Assembly: GCA_037379345.1 (NCBI GenBank)
Contig: CM074513.1
Coordinates: forward strand, 59,995,195-60,059,194
Direction: 5' to 3'
Source: Perna viridis
Lineage: Eukaryota
DNA: 64,000 bases
The translations under genes were made by a program, and so were the position numbers. Positions 39,401 through 51,400 of the stretch are shown one piece after another (within the stretch, counting starts at the first letter, position 1; each line of letters opens with the position of its first letter). The notes under the pieces were generated by a model. It searched no databases. It was not told the DNA's origin and was given only the letters and a program-made list of their open reading frames with translations.

Positions 39401-42400
39401 AGGTTGTTATTTTGGAGGTTATGGCCCCAACCGTTTTTGAATTAGGACTCCTAAAGGGACCAAAAAGAAGCCTTTCATAGAATTTAACTATTGAGTTCCA
39501 GTAACAGTATAGGAATGTCTATGATATTGTTCCACAATTGTCAGACTGGTTTTGATTTTGGTGGTTAAGAGTGGAACATTTTAGAATAAGGGCCCAAAAG
39601 GAGAGCCAGAAACAAGCATTTTCCTTATGTTCTACCGATAACTTGACTAATAGTTAATGTATATCTTGGAAATTGTATTACAAAATGCCATACCATCAAA
39701 GAAAGATTGTGATTGATTTTGGGGGTTACGACTTGAACCTTCTTTGGATTAGGGGCCAAAAAGGGGCCTTGAAACAACTATTTTCTGTATGTCCAGACAA
39801 CAACTTGAGTAATAGTGAATGGATCTCTTTGATATTGTATTGCAATATACCATATTACAAATGGAAAACTGGAATTGATTTTAGGGGTTGTGATGACTGC
39901 AGTAAGAATAAGTAAGGGGCCACAAAGGGACCAAGGGCGAACTTCGGTAAAAGGGAATGGATCACTTCAAATTAGTACTACAAGATGCCATAGATTAAAG
40001 ATTGAAGTTTTGACTTGAACCATTAAAATAAGATAAGAAGACTTTATTTTGATTTGGCATGCCATAAATACAGACACAAGTTCTAAGGAGCTTTTGACGG
40101 AATATAAAACAACAACATAACATAAAACAAGGCAAGAACACATACACACAAAGCAATTCATATAATAAAGCATAAAATAAGCATAGCATGCAAATGTTAA
40201 AACATGATAATATAACAGAGAACTAAGCATAAGAATATATAAACATGCAGAAACTAAATTTAAAGCAGAGGTACTATTATTCAAGTAGAAGCCGAACAAA
40301 ACGTATGTGTAAAATAAGCATGATATATACCATTAAGGATCAAAGGGCTAAAAAGTAACCACTTTGGCTCTTGCCAGGTTTTTTACCTGTGTCAAATATC
40401 TAATCAACATTCAAAGCTGTATTAAATTTGACTCCCCCCAACTGTTCAGGGTTCAACCTCTGCAGTTGTATCAAGCTCTGTCTGCCAAGCATTTTATTTG
40501 GATGTTGTTTTTTTTGCTATTTCTGATGGTATTACTTTAAAAAATCTTCTCCTGTAAAACAACTGGACATAATTCAATGAAAGTTGGTACATGTATGATT
40601 GTTCTATCCTGCAGAAAGGTAATGTTTTGATTTTAGGTCCATGAAATAATTTACACATTTACAAAAAATAGAATGTAGCTTATTAAGCCATGAGATGGAC
40701 TAAAGCTCTTTAGAGCCTCTAGTTGAATTATGACTTTACAATACAAATATTACATTTACCCAGTATTGTCCATTGATGTCCAGTAAAACCAAGGTTTTTC
40801 CAGTATTGTCCATTGATGTCCAGTAAAACCAAGGTGTTTCCAGTATTGCCCATTGGCCTGGACAATACTCATAAAACCAGGGCTTGTGACTATGTCTCTA
40901 ATTGCACATATTCCAGGGTTCTTCCATTCTGTTACTCATCCCAGAGTGATTTTTATATGCTTGTCTTTCTTTATTTCTTGATTGGAACTATTGTTTGTTT
41001 GTCCACTGAATATTCACACATTGCACAAATTAAAACAATTCCAACATTTTTCATGACACTTTGGTGATTTGTTTCTTTCTATTGATCTTTCAATTATGAT
41101 TAAATCTGAAGTAATGGAACTTTATTCATAAAAAGAGGATGATTTCATCTTTGGAATATAACTCAAAAGTGCTTGCACCCATTTTAATTAAACTTTGGGA
41201 AGTAGTTTATTTCTATTGAATCAAGTTCCCTTATTTTACATTTTTTAAGGTTTAAAAGGTTTAATATACATGAACTTCAATTACTAGAAATGAAACTATT
41301 TAATGCTTTCTCACTTTTTCAGGTTTACAGAAAACCAGCTTTAGGAGAAGAAAATGAATCTCTTAAAAAAAGGGCAGAAAAATCTAGCAAAAAGTCAGAA
41401 CATCCCAAGAAAGTGCATGTAAATGGGAATGTAAATAATTCTGCTGTAAGTTGATATGGGTTACCTGTTATTGTTGATATGGGTTACCTATTATTGTTGA
41501 TATGGGTTAACTGTTATTGTTGATATGGGTTAACTGTTATTGTTGAAATAGGTTACCTTTTATAAGCTTCCCTGGCCTTTAGTGGTTTTCTGTCAACTTT
41601 TGTTAAAAAATCTTCTTCTTTGAAACTACTGGACACATTTTAATGAAAGTTTGCATGAATTTCCTGAGACTATTCTGCACAAAAACTGTGTTAGGATGTT
41701 TATCCTTTAAAAAAAGCATGGCTGTCATATCTTTATTATATGACCACAAAAAATTAGAGTTGTATATTGGTATAGTGCTGTTGTTGTTGTATTTGTTGTC
41801 CATGTTGTCCTCCGTAGACACTTGGTTTTCACACAGTAACTTTAGTTGTGATTGACAAAATTGTAATGAAATTTTGATATGATTTTACTAACCACTAAAG
41901 GAAGGTTCCTCTTTAATTTGGAGTTTTTGGCCCCTACCATTTTAGAATGAGGGGCCATCATCATCATCACTAACAATTTTTTAAAACGTTTCTCCTCTGA
42001 TGCTACTTGAATTGTTAGGCAGATGGGCGGGTAAAATATTTTTGTAACATTTTTCTCATCAGTTATAAATCACAGCCACTAGATATTTGGTTTGCATCTT
42101 TAGTATGGAGTCCCATATCTTGGGATGTGATTTCAGGTCTTTTGTACTTTTACTTCCTGTTTTATGACTGTGTTATTTTTTCAACATTTCTTGTCAGATG
42201 CAAAGTTGGCAACCTGTTCATTTCTGTATATGACACATTCTTAGAGTAATTGTCCTTAAAAGGCAAAAATCTACGTTTTTTTTTGTAGTTTTAACCAATG
42301 TCTTGAAGTCACAATAGATAGAAAAATACTTTCAATTGATGAAATGATTTTTAAGAGTATGTATGGGTTGAAGTTGTTGGACAAATCCTTGTTGAGTTAT

Positions 42401-45400
42401 GCCCTTGAAAGGAGAAAAATGATGTTTTTTTGCAGATTTGATTTTGCTATTGTAAAGTGGTAAAATACTGTTGGTGCTTGGATTGATTCTTGGTGTTGTA
42501 ACTCAACTGATAGTGAATGATGGGCTAAAAAGGGCACAAGCATTTTCCTTGATGTACTGATAATTACTTAAGTGAAAATGAATAGATTCCTTTGAAATTG
42601 TACTAAAGGTGCCATACCAAAAAGGGGGCTAGGATTGATTTCAGGAATTGTGGTTATTTAGGAATGAGGGGTTCACTGCGGTTCTTGTCAAATTCTTTTC
42701 CTGTGTCAAATATTTAATCACAATCAAAATTCAGAGCTGTATGAAGCTTGAATGGTGTGTCCATACTTGTCCCAACTGTTCAGGGTTCAACCTCTGCGGT
42801 TGAATCAAGCTGTGCCCTGCAAAGCATTTTATTGACTGAATTATGGTGCATTAAGTTTTACTGTAGTCCCTACATGTAATTCCATCCCATAAACTTTCAT
42901 CACAAAGTTCTTAGCAACCCCTCAGAATTTGGTGTCCAGTTTCAGCTTCATGGATTGTACTGTGTGTAAGCCTTTAACTCATTCACACATCTGTTCCCTG
43001 TTTGCTGATAAGGAGTAAATAATATTATTTTGACATTATACTACATTGTATGTTTTAGGATTCTCACCATGTAGCCAAACCGCAGACTTCACACTTATCT
43101 TCTAAAGATCAAAAGAAGAAAAATAAATTTGTACCACTCTTTAGTCAGGAGGGACAAGAAAGAACTGTTGTCAGATTACAAGGTACAGTTTTGAATGATT
43201 TTTAAAGGAATTAATCTTGTACATGTATTTATACCTCATGTAAACGAGGTTTGGGGGGTTATATAGGAATCACCCCATCTGTCTATATGTTTGTCTACAT
43301 TTCTTGTAAGCACAAGTCCTTCTAAACCAATCAAGGGCTTTTGAAGAAATGTTTGTAGGAAAATTTGGGTATTATATGAAGATATGCTTTGAGGTATATA
43401 ATTGCTGTTGGATGGCTCCAAAAGGAGATCATCTTACAAGTATTTTACATTTAAGTCCATTTGAAGTTGGGGGGGGGGGGGGGCAGGGCAGGTATTCTCT
43501 TAGTGAGGTTGCTCACAGTTTTCTAGTTATTTACTAAATTTTTCAAGTTGAATTGACCTAACACTTAATACCCTGATATATACATATTTATCATACCACT
43601 AAGTAGAAACGATATTACTCCATGTGATGCTAACAACTTTTGTTCACCCCATTGTTGATATGTCTGATCATGTCCTAAGTTTACAACTAGTAATATAGTA
43701 TGATTTAAACAAAATGTCAGGCTCTGACAGACATCACTTACAGGTCAGCTTCTTGTGACGTTTCAATTGTCCAGTCAATCACTGAAGTTCAGGATAGATT
43801 ACTCCATGCCTTTCATGTTTAAATTTGTTCACAGTTCCATATTTAGGACGGTACAGGTAATAAACTCTCTTATTTTAAAGCAAATAAAATGTAAGATGGT
43901 GACCCAGAAGAAATGCCTGTTAGATCCCAATGACATGAATTTTGATCCCTGCTACAGCACAAATGGATAAAACTCATATGAAAGGTTGCTACCAAGAATC
44001 TTTCTGACATATTTAAAAATAAAAAAAAAAATTTTAATATGTATGCCCTGCTTGCTTTCAAAACAGAAAAGCTTTATGAACATAGAACACTATTTTGAGG
44101 TAAAGGTGGTGGACAATAATTTGCTATCTGTTATTTTGCCAGGTAGACATGTTTGTGAATGCCAAGCAGCAAAACATAAATTAATTAACAACTGCACAAG
44201 ATGTGGACGAGTTGTGTGTGATCAAGAAGGGTCAGGACCTTGTCTTTTCTGTGGTCATTTGGTAAAAATTAACACTGTTGTAATAATTCATTAAATTTCA
44301 TTAGTACAAGCAGATGTTTGCCTTTATTTTCATTCATAACTGTCACTGGGGTAGGTCAACTCGTAGTTTTTAATGCCTTTTTTAATTTGAACTTAAACTC
44401 TTAAATTGTGTTAAATTTAAGCAAAATAGTTTTATGCCAACTGTAGTACATGTATTAGGTTATAGAAAGCTATAATAATGATAATGTCTGAACAACAAAC
44501 TACTCAGGGTTCTCCATTGGATGTTTTACCGTGATGGGCTGCCATGGTAAAAAATCAGCGCCACGGTTAAATTGTCGTCTGCCATGATTAACTTTTACCA
44601 TTATCGGTCTTTAATTATTTTATGTTTGAGAAACCAATTACTGACTATAAGGACACGTTAATCAATTACACAGGCAAATATTTTTCACATGAAATTCATG
44701 TTAATCGAGCTTCACATGAAATTCATGTGAAATTCACATGAAATTAACATGATTTTCATGAGAAATTCACTAAACACGAATTTCATGTGAACATTTCGTG
44801 TGAATTTCACTTGAAGGCCCCTTTCACTTGAATTTCACGTGAACTCTGTCACTTAGTTTATTTGCTCAATTCAGGTGAAAATCATGTGAAATTTGTGTGA
44901 AAATCATGTGAAATAATTTTGCCTGTGTAATCATGACAAATTTATGACTGAAGCCAGTCTGAAGATAATCATGTAATAATTGCCAATAATAAGTTACCCC
45001 ACAAATTAACTTTAAAGAAGTGTCAATCAGAAGAAAATATTTAGTGAGCCAATCAAAACTGACAATTGTCAACTCAACCTCTGCGAAAAGTATGTGGCCA
45101 TTTTCATATGTAAAATTGAAGGAAGGTGTAAATTAAAACATTTTCAACATAAAGAAACGGATTTACCTAATAAAGGAACATATAAAAAATCCCCCTAAAA
45201 TTGTTAATTCCATCTGATATTTGCTATTACAATTTCAATTGAAAATAAAATGGCTGACTTTTGTTTACACTTTTGTTCTGTGTCTTCCTCCAGTGACTGG
45301 AGCACACCTGTGTTAGGCAGGAAAATAGAGACTAAATAGAGAGCAAAATTACCCAAGTCTTAATACAGTATCAATATCAGGATTAAGAAATTAATATGCT

Positions 45401-48400
45401 AATTCTTTGGATCCATATAAGTCCTGATTTGATGAATGTAGATAAGGAATGAACTTCCTCTGTGTCAACTTCTTTAATCACGTGTTTTTGCATCTACTGT
45501 TATATGCTGATTTCATTATGATTGGTTCTGGAAACATATTTTTACGGCCAGAGTAATACAGATATATGATATTACTATTAGTTACAATGAATAGAAAACA
45601 ACAATTATTGGAAGAATAAAATCATTGAAATAAATATCATATTCTTAAAAAAAATGGCTTTGTTAGAATATTATATTCATTTCATTTATTGCATTCTGCC
45701 CTAACTTTTTTTTCTAGTCATTGTCATATCTTGATTCTTGAGTGCTTCCGTGTCAGCAAAAATTGTGCCGTAAAATTTTCTTTACTTTTAAATTTCATCT
45801 GTGGAGAACCCTGCCACTATTCTGGTATTATATTGTGAAAGTGATTCATTCTTAAACAAATGTTTTTGTAAAAGGTTTTATGTTAATGTAATAATAGGTA
45901 TGTACCCCAGAAGAAGTAGAAATATTATCCCGAGGTTCAAAAAAAAGTGAACAGTTACGCCACAGATTAATGAAAGATTCAGACAGAGTGCAATATATGA
46001 GTGATAACTTACCTAGTGCTAATGTTAATGAAGGTTATGAACGAGCTGTTAAACATAAAGACAAGCTGCTGGATTATGATAAAACAAGGTCAGATTTATA
46101 CTATTGTTAAAATCTCTACTTCATGGTAGAGTCAGAATAAATCATTTTACCTTGAGGAAATTTCACATTTTTTTTTAAATGACTGCCAAAAATTTGTAGT
46201 CATATAATATATGAAACTGTCATCATCTGTACACACATGGTTTTCATGTAATAACTTATGTATTGGTTGGTTGAACTTGAAAGAAATTGACAACAAGGGT
46301 CCAAACCATAGAAGAAAGGTTGATATGCATTTGGGGCCCTACCTGTTTGAAACCAATATTCATAGAATTTAACTACATCAAGTATGATTATGTGGATCTC
46401 TGTGATACTGTAATAAGATATTCTACACTGTAAATAATTATTCAGGGTTTTGACCTACACTGTTTAGGGGCTGGAAACGGCAATGGAGAAGAGTTTTAAT
46501 TGTTTCCAAACAATAGCTTGAGTAAAAGTATTATGGATCTTTATGATATTGTGCCATAAGGTATCATATCACAGGGTTCTGATTGATGTTTTTTTTTTAA
46601 TTTATTTTAACTGTTTTTGGTTATGAATAAATTTAAAAAGGGGTCCAAAATGAAATATTTAAATCTAATTATATAGATAGCAGTGATTTATCGAATGTTC
46701 CCAGTATAAAAATATAAAAAATTTTCACTGTCTGACTTTCTCCTGCCAAAATGTAATGAAATGTCACAACATGAATATCAATCTGCTGTTCACAAAATTT
46801 AAAATTCATGTTGAAAATAGCAATGAATAATGGATCAAAGTGCCAATGACATTGAAACTCGGAAGTCCTGAGGTATTTATAGGTATTTTAAAAACTTTAT
46901 AATCCACTGATGGTAATTTGTTCCAGAAAGATTAATTATTTACTAAGAGTTCAGTACTTTCACCACTACTAGAACTACACATCCACACAATACTGATCAT
47001 TCAAAATTTCAATTTGAATTTTGTTTCCTATTTTAAATTTTTTTGGTTATGTTTCATTTCGTTTGTATTTTGTTTCTCAATGTGTAGTCTTGACAACCTA
47101 TTTTTAGCTTTAAATGTAGTCAATCACGTGAAATCCATATATGGATATCAAAGGCATCAATAAAATATAGTTCAAACTTCTATATATGGATTTGATTTTT
47201 TCTTTTGTGTATGGAGCTGCACTCAATGAAGCATTTTTTTATGTTCTCTGCTCAATTTTTTTATTTTTTTTTGGATAAGTCCTAACAAAAACAACAAATG
47301 TAACCAATGCAATGTAGAAAAAACAAAAAATCAAAACAAACTGAATTAAGAAAGAGATAAAGTAATGCTGTTGTCTCATTCAGTTTATTCAATTTTGTTT
47401 ACAGTGCAAGAAGGACACAAGTGATAGATGATGAATCTGATTATTTTGCAACAGACAGTAACAGATGGTTAAGTAAAAAAGAACGAGAAAAATTACGTAA
47501 AAGAGAAGATGAATTACGATCCCAGAGATTTGCCTCAAGAAAAGACAGAAAAATTACATTAGATTTTGCTGGACGACAAGTGATAGAAGAAAATAATTCT
47601 GTTGATATGTATAATATGAATGATGACGTGATACAGGAAGTACATTACGGTGCTAAACCTAAAACTAATGACTTCATACATAAGGAGGATGATTTTGATT
47701 CACTTGATGGCATTGTCAATCCTAACATAAAACAGCATGCTCCACAGGTAGGTCTTAATGACATTGTCAGTCCTAACATAAAACAGCATGCTCCTCAGGT
47801 AGGTCTTAAAAATATTGTCAGTCCTATGATAAAACAGCATGCTCCTCAGGTACGTCTTAAAGATATTGTCTGTCCTGACATAAAACATCATGCTCCACAG
47901 GTAGGTTTTAATGACATTGTCAGTCCTAACATAAAATAGCATGCTCCTCAGTTAGGTCTTAAAGACATTGTCAGTCCTGACATAAAACAGCATGCTCCAC
48001 AGGTAGGTCTTAAAAAATATTGTCAGTCCTGACATAAAACAGCATGCTCCATAGGTAGATCTTAAAAATATCGTCAGTCCTGACATAAAACAACATGCTC
48101 CACAGGTAGGTGTCAAAGACATTGTCAGTCCTAACATAAAACAACATGCTTCTAAAGGTAGGTCTTGTCAGTCCTGACATAAAACAACATGCTCCACAGG
48201 TAGGTGTCAAAGACATTGTCAGTCCTGACATAAAACAACATGCTTCTAAAGGTAGGTTTTGTCAGTCCTGACATAAAACAGCATGCTCCAGGTAGGTCTT
48301 AAAGACATTGTCAGTCGTGACATAAAACAGCATGCTCCTCAGGTAGGTCTTAAAGACATTGTCAATCCTGACATAAAACAGCATGCTCCATAGGTAGGTC

Positions 48401-51400
48401 TTAGTGACATTGTAAATAGTGAAATTAAACAGCTTGCTACACAGGTATATCTTAACGGCATTGTCAATCCTGACATAAAACAGCATGCTCCACAGGTAGG
48501 TCTAAAAAACATTGTCAGTCCTGACATAAAACAGCATGCTCCACATGTAGGTCTTAAAGACATTGTCAGTCGTGACATAAAACAGCATGCTCCTCAGGTA
48601 GGTGTCAAAAATATTGTCAATTCTAACATAAAACAGCATGCTTCTCAGGTAGGTGTTAAAGACTGTCAATCCTGACATAAAACAGTTTTCTATTTTAGTG
48701 GGTCAGATTAATTTGTACAGATACCAGAAATATTACAGTTCTCTGCTAGTGGTGGGAATATTTTGCACATATCATGTAACGTAAACAATATTCAGATGCA
48801 ACTGACAGCTGCAAAAAGAAAATGATTGCCTTTCCTATCTTGGAAAAGCTATGCTTTGATTTGGATAATACAATCAGAGGTATATTTTTTCCAAGGTGGG
48901 TTAGGTTTTTGACAGCAGCAACAGTGGAACAGCAGAGATACATGTACATACATCCACGTTTTTTTTCCGAACTTTTTAAAAACACATTATATTCACTTCT
49001 TTTAATAAGTAAAACATAGTAGAAAAGACTCAAAAACAGAAAAGATGAAGTTATTTTTACTGTAATATTAACCTATATATTATTGTTTGTTTAGCTTAAG
49101 GAAGTGGTGAATTTTCTCCTCATGGACAGTCACTTTTTGTTACTTCCGGGACATGACTTTTTTTTTCCGTTAGCATATTGGGGAATCTTAAGGAAAATTA
49201 AGATAGTACATGTAATAACTGTACAGCTCACACTGCTTTGCAGTGCTCGCTGTTATCATAAAGATAATGGTAAAATATCTAATATCTGAGATTTAATGAG
49301 TTTCAATATTTCACAGGTACATTGTATGTTTTCTCTCTCAGTCATAATTCTAAAATCTATTTTGATGTGTATATTATTTTGACATCACTTTTTATGCATT
49401 TATTAAAAATGAATTATCCCTTTAAAACTTTATGAAATCTTAAAAAAAAGGTAATTTTCTATGTAGATTATTTCATTTTGTCTTGCAGTTTGTTGAGAAA
49501 CCAGTTGATGGTAAACATTCATCGGCAAATGTGACAGGACCAGATAAAAAGAAACAGGGATCCAGAATACAGGACCGTGATTTATTAATAATGTCTGATG
49601 ATGGACAGTGTCTCAGTATGCACCAACCCTGGGCTTTACTTTTAGTTAAGGGAATCAAAATGTAGGTATTGACCCTGACCTTTATTACCTCACTTCGAAC
49701 TGACCCAGGCCTTTATTGCCTCACCTTGAACTGACCCTTGCCTTTATTACCTCACCTTGAACTGACCCAGGCCTTTATCATCTCACCTTGAACTGACCCT
49801 TGCCTTTATCACCTCACTTTGTACTGACCCAGACTATTATTTCTTCTCCTTGAACTTAGGTCTTACTAACCACTTCTAACGTTTCCATTACTTTGCATGT
49901 TAAAAAAGTAATTTTCAAAGTTTCACTGTGAATTCCCAGGACAAATGACATCTTAAAGTTGCATACCATTGCGAATTTGGAAAATAAGGTTCCAAATTCA
50001 TTATGCTAATGGTACGATGATTGTAGAAATTCTTCACAAAATTTACTGAAATAAAAAATACTGAAAATCCACATTTTTACCTTTTCTGCTAAATGACAGC
50101 ATGGAGGCAAATTACTCACACATGTAAACAATATTCATACATTTTTGTAGTTAATTACATATATGATTTTAAAGTACACAGTCTCAGCTTTATTTTGACT
50201 ACTTTTAATCATAATACACACAAATAATGCGCTTACAATGCATATGTCTAGGTTCAGTGTGTTTTTGATACTACATTGTGGGGGGGGTGGCCATTTGACA
50301 AGGAAGTGGTTAGTGAGACCTTACTCTGGCCGTTATTACCTTACCTTGAACTGACTCAGGCCTTTATTACCTCTCCTTGAACTGATCTTAGCCTTTATAA
50401 CCTCTTTTTGAACTGACTGGCCATTATCATCTCATCTCAATTGAGGGTCAATGTCACCACTTAGTACTTGTTGTTGTAGCCTTTTCATATGACTTCAAAA
50501 AAAAAATATTTGCAGTCATATAATAATATTATGCTTATGGCAGCAGTGTCCTGCATAGACATATGGCTTCCGGACAATTACTTGAGTATTAGTGTATTGA
50601 TCTCTGAAATTGTGCAACAAGGTTTCATACCACTTAAAGTAGGATTAAATCGATTTTGTTGGATTGTGGTTTGAGCATTTAAGGAATTAGGTACTAGAAA
50701 CTAAAGTTTTTGTCAGGACTTAAAAAAAGTGCTGTAACATTTTGTTTATATCTGAACAATAACTTGAGTAAACTTAAAAATTTTACCAACATGTCTGACA
50801 CCACAAAAGGAAGGTTGGGATTAATTTTTTTAGGTTATGGCATTAACTTTTTAGGAATTTGGGGCCAAAAAGGGGCATATAACACTCAAAATCCTTGTTT
50901 TTAGGCAACAACTGGATCTGTGTGAAATATTACTACAATATTTTATACCATAAAGGAAGGTTATGTATGATTGTTTCAAGCTTTTAATCAAAACCCAAAT
51001 TAAAAGCTGTATCAAGGTCAAAGGTCAAATGTATCCATATTTGTCTCAACTGTTCACGGTTTGACCTCTGTGGTCATATCAACCTGTGCCCTGGGAAGCT
51101 TTGGATTGTTATTAGTCTATTATTTTTGTTTACTGATAAGAAGTAAAACATTGTCTGCCATTTTATTTTTAAAACACAATGATTAAATTGAAAATTTCTA
51201 CTTACATATCTCCATGACCATAAGAACTACCCAAAAAATAAATGTTAATATCTGTCTTAAACTTGTAAAGCTTTATATATGTTTCTAAGAGTCGAAGTTG
51301 TATGACAATTGTTAATACTGCTCAAACTGTAACACACTGATAGGTGTATATAGGCTCGTTGTCATCACTTGTACAAGTAGTTAAATACATTTATAATGAT

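Noticed and set aside
44113-44142. Intron end translating as NNLLSVILP, resembling human LAVLLP before the zinc finger
   Set aside because: Exon 4 already supplies this segment (TVVRLQ-G) in the correct phase; the resemblance is most simply the pyrimidine tract.
47700-48578. Minus-strand ORFs over the 51-bp array and repetitive ORFs at 61452-62054
   Set aside because: These are by-products of repeat units whose length is a multiple of three, with no independent evidence of a gene.
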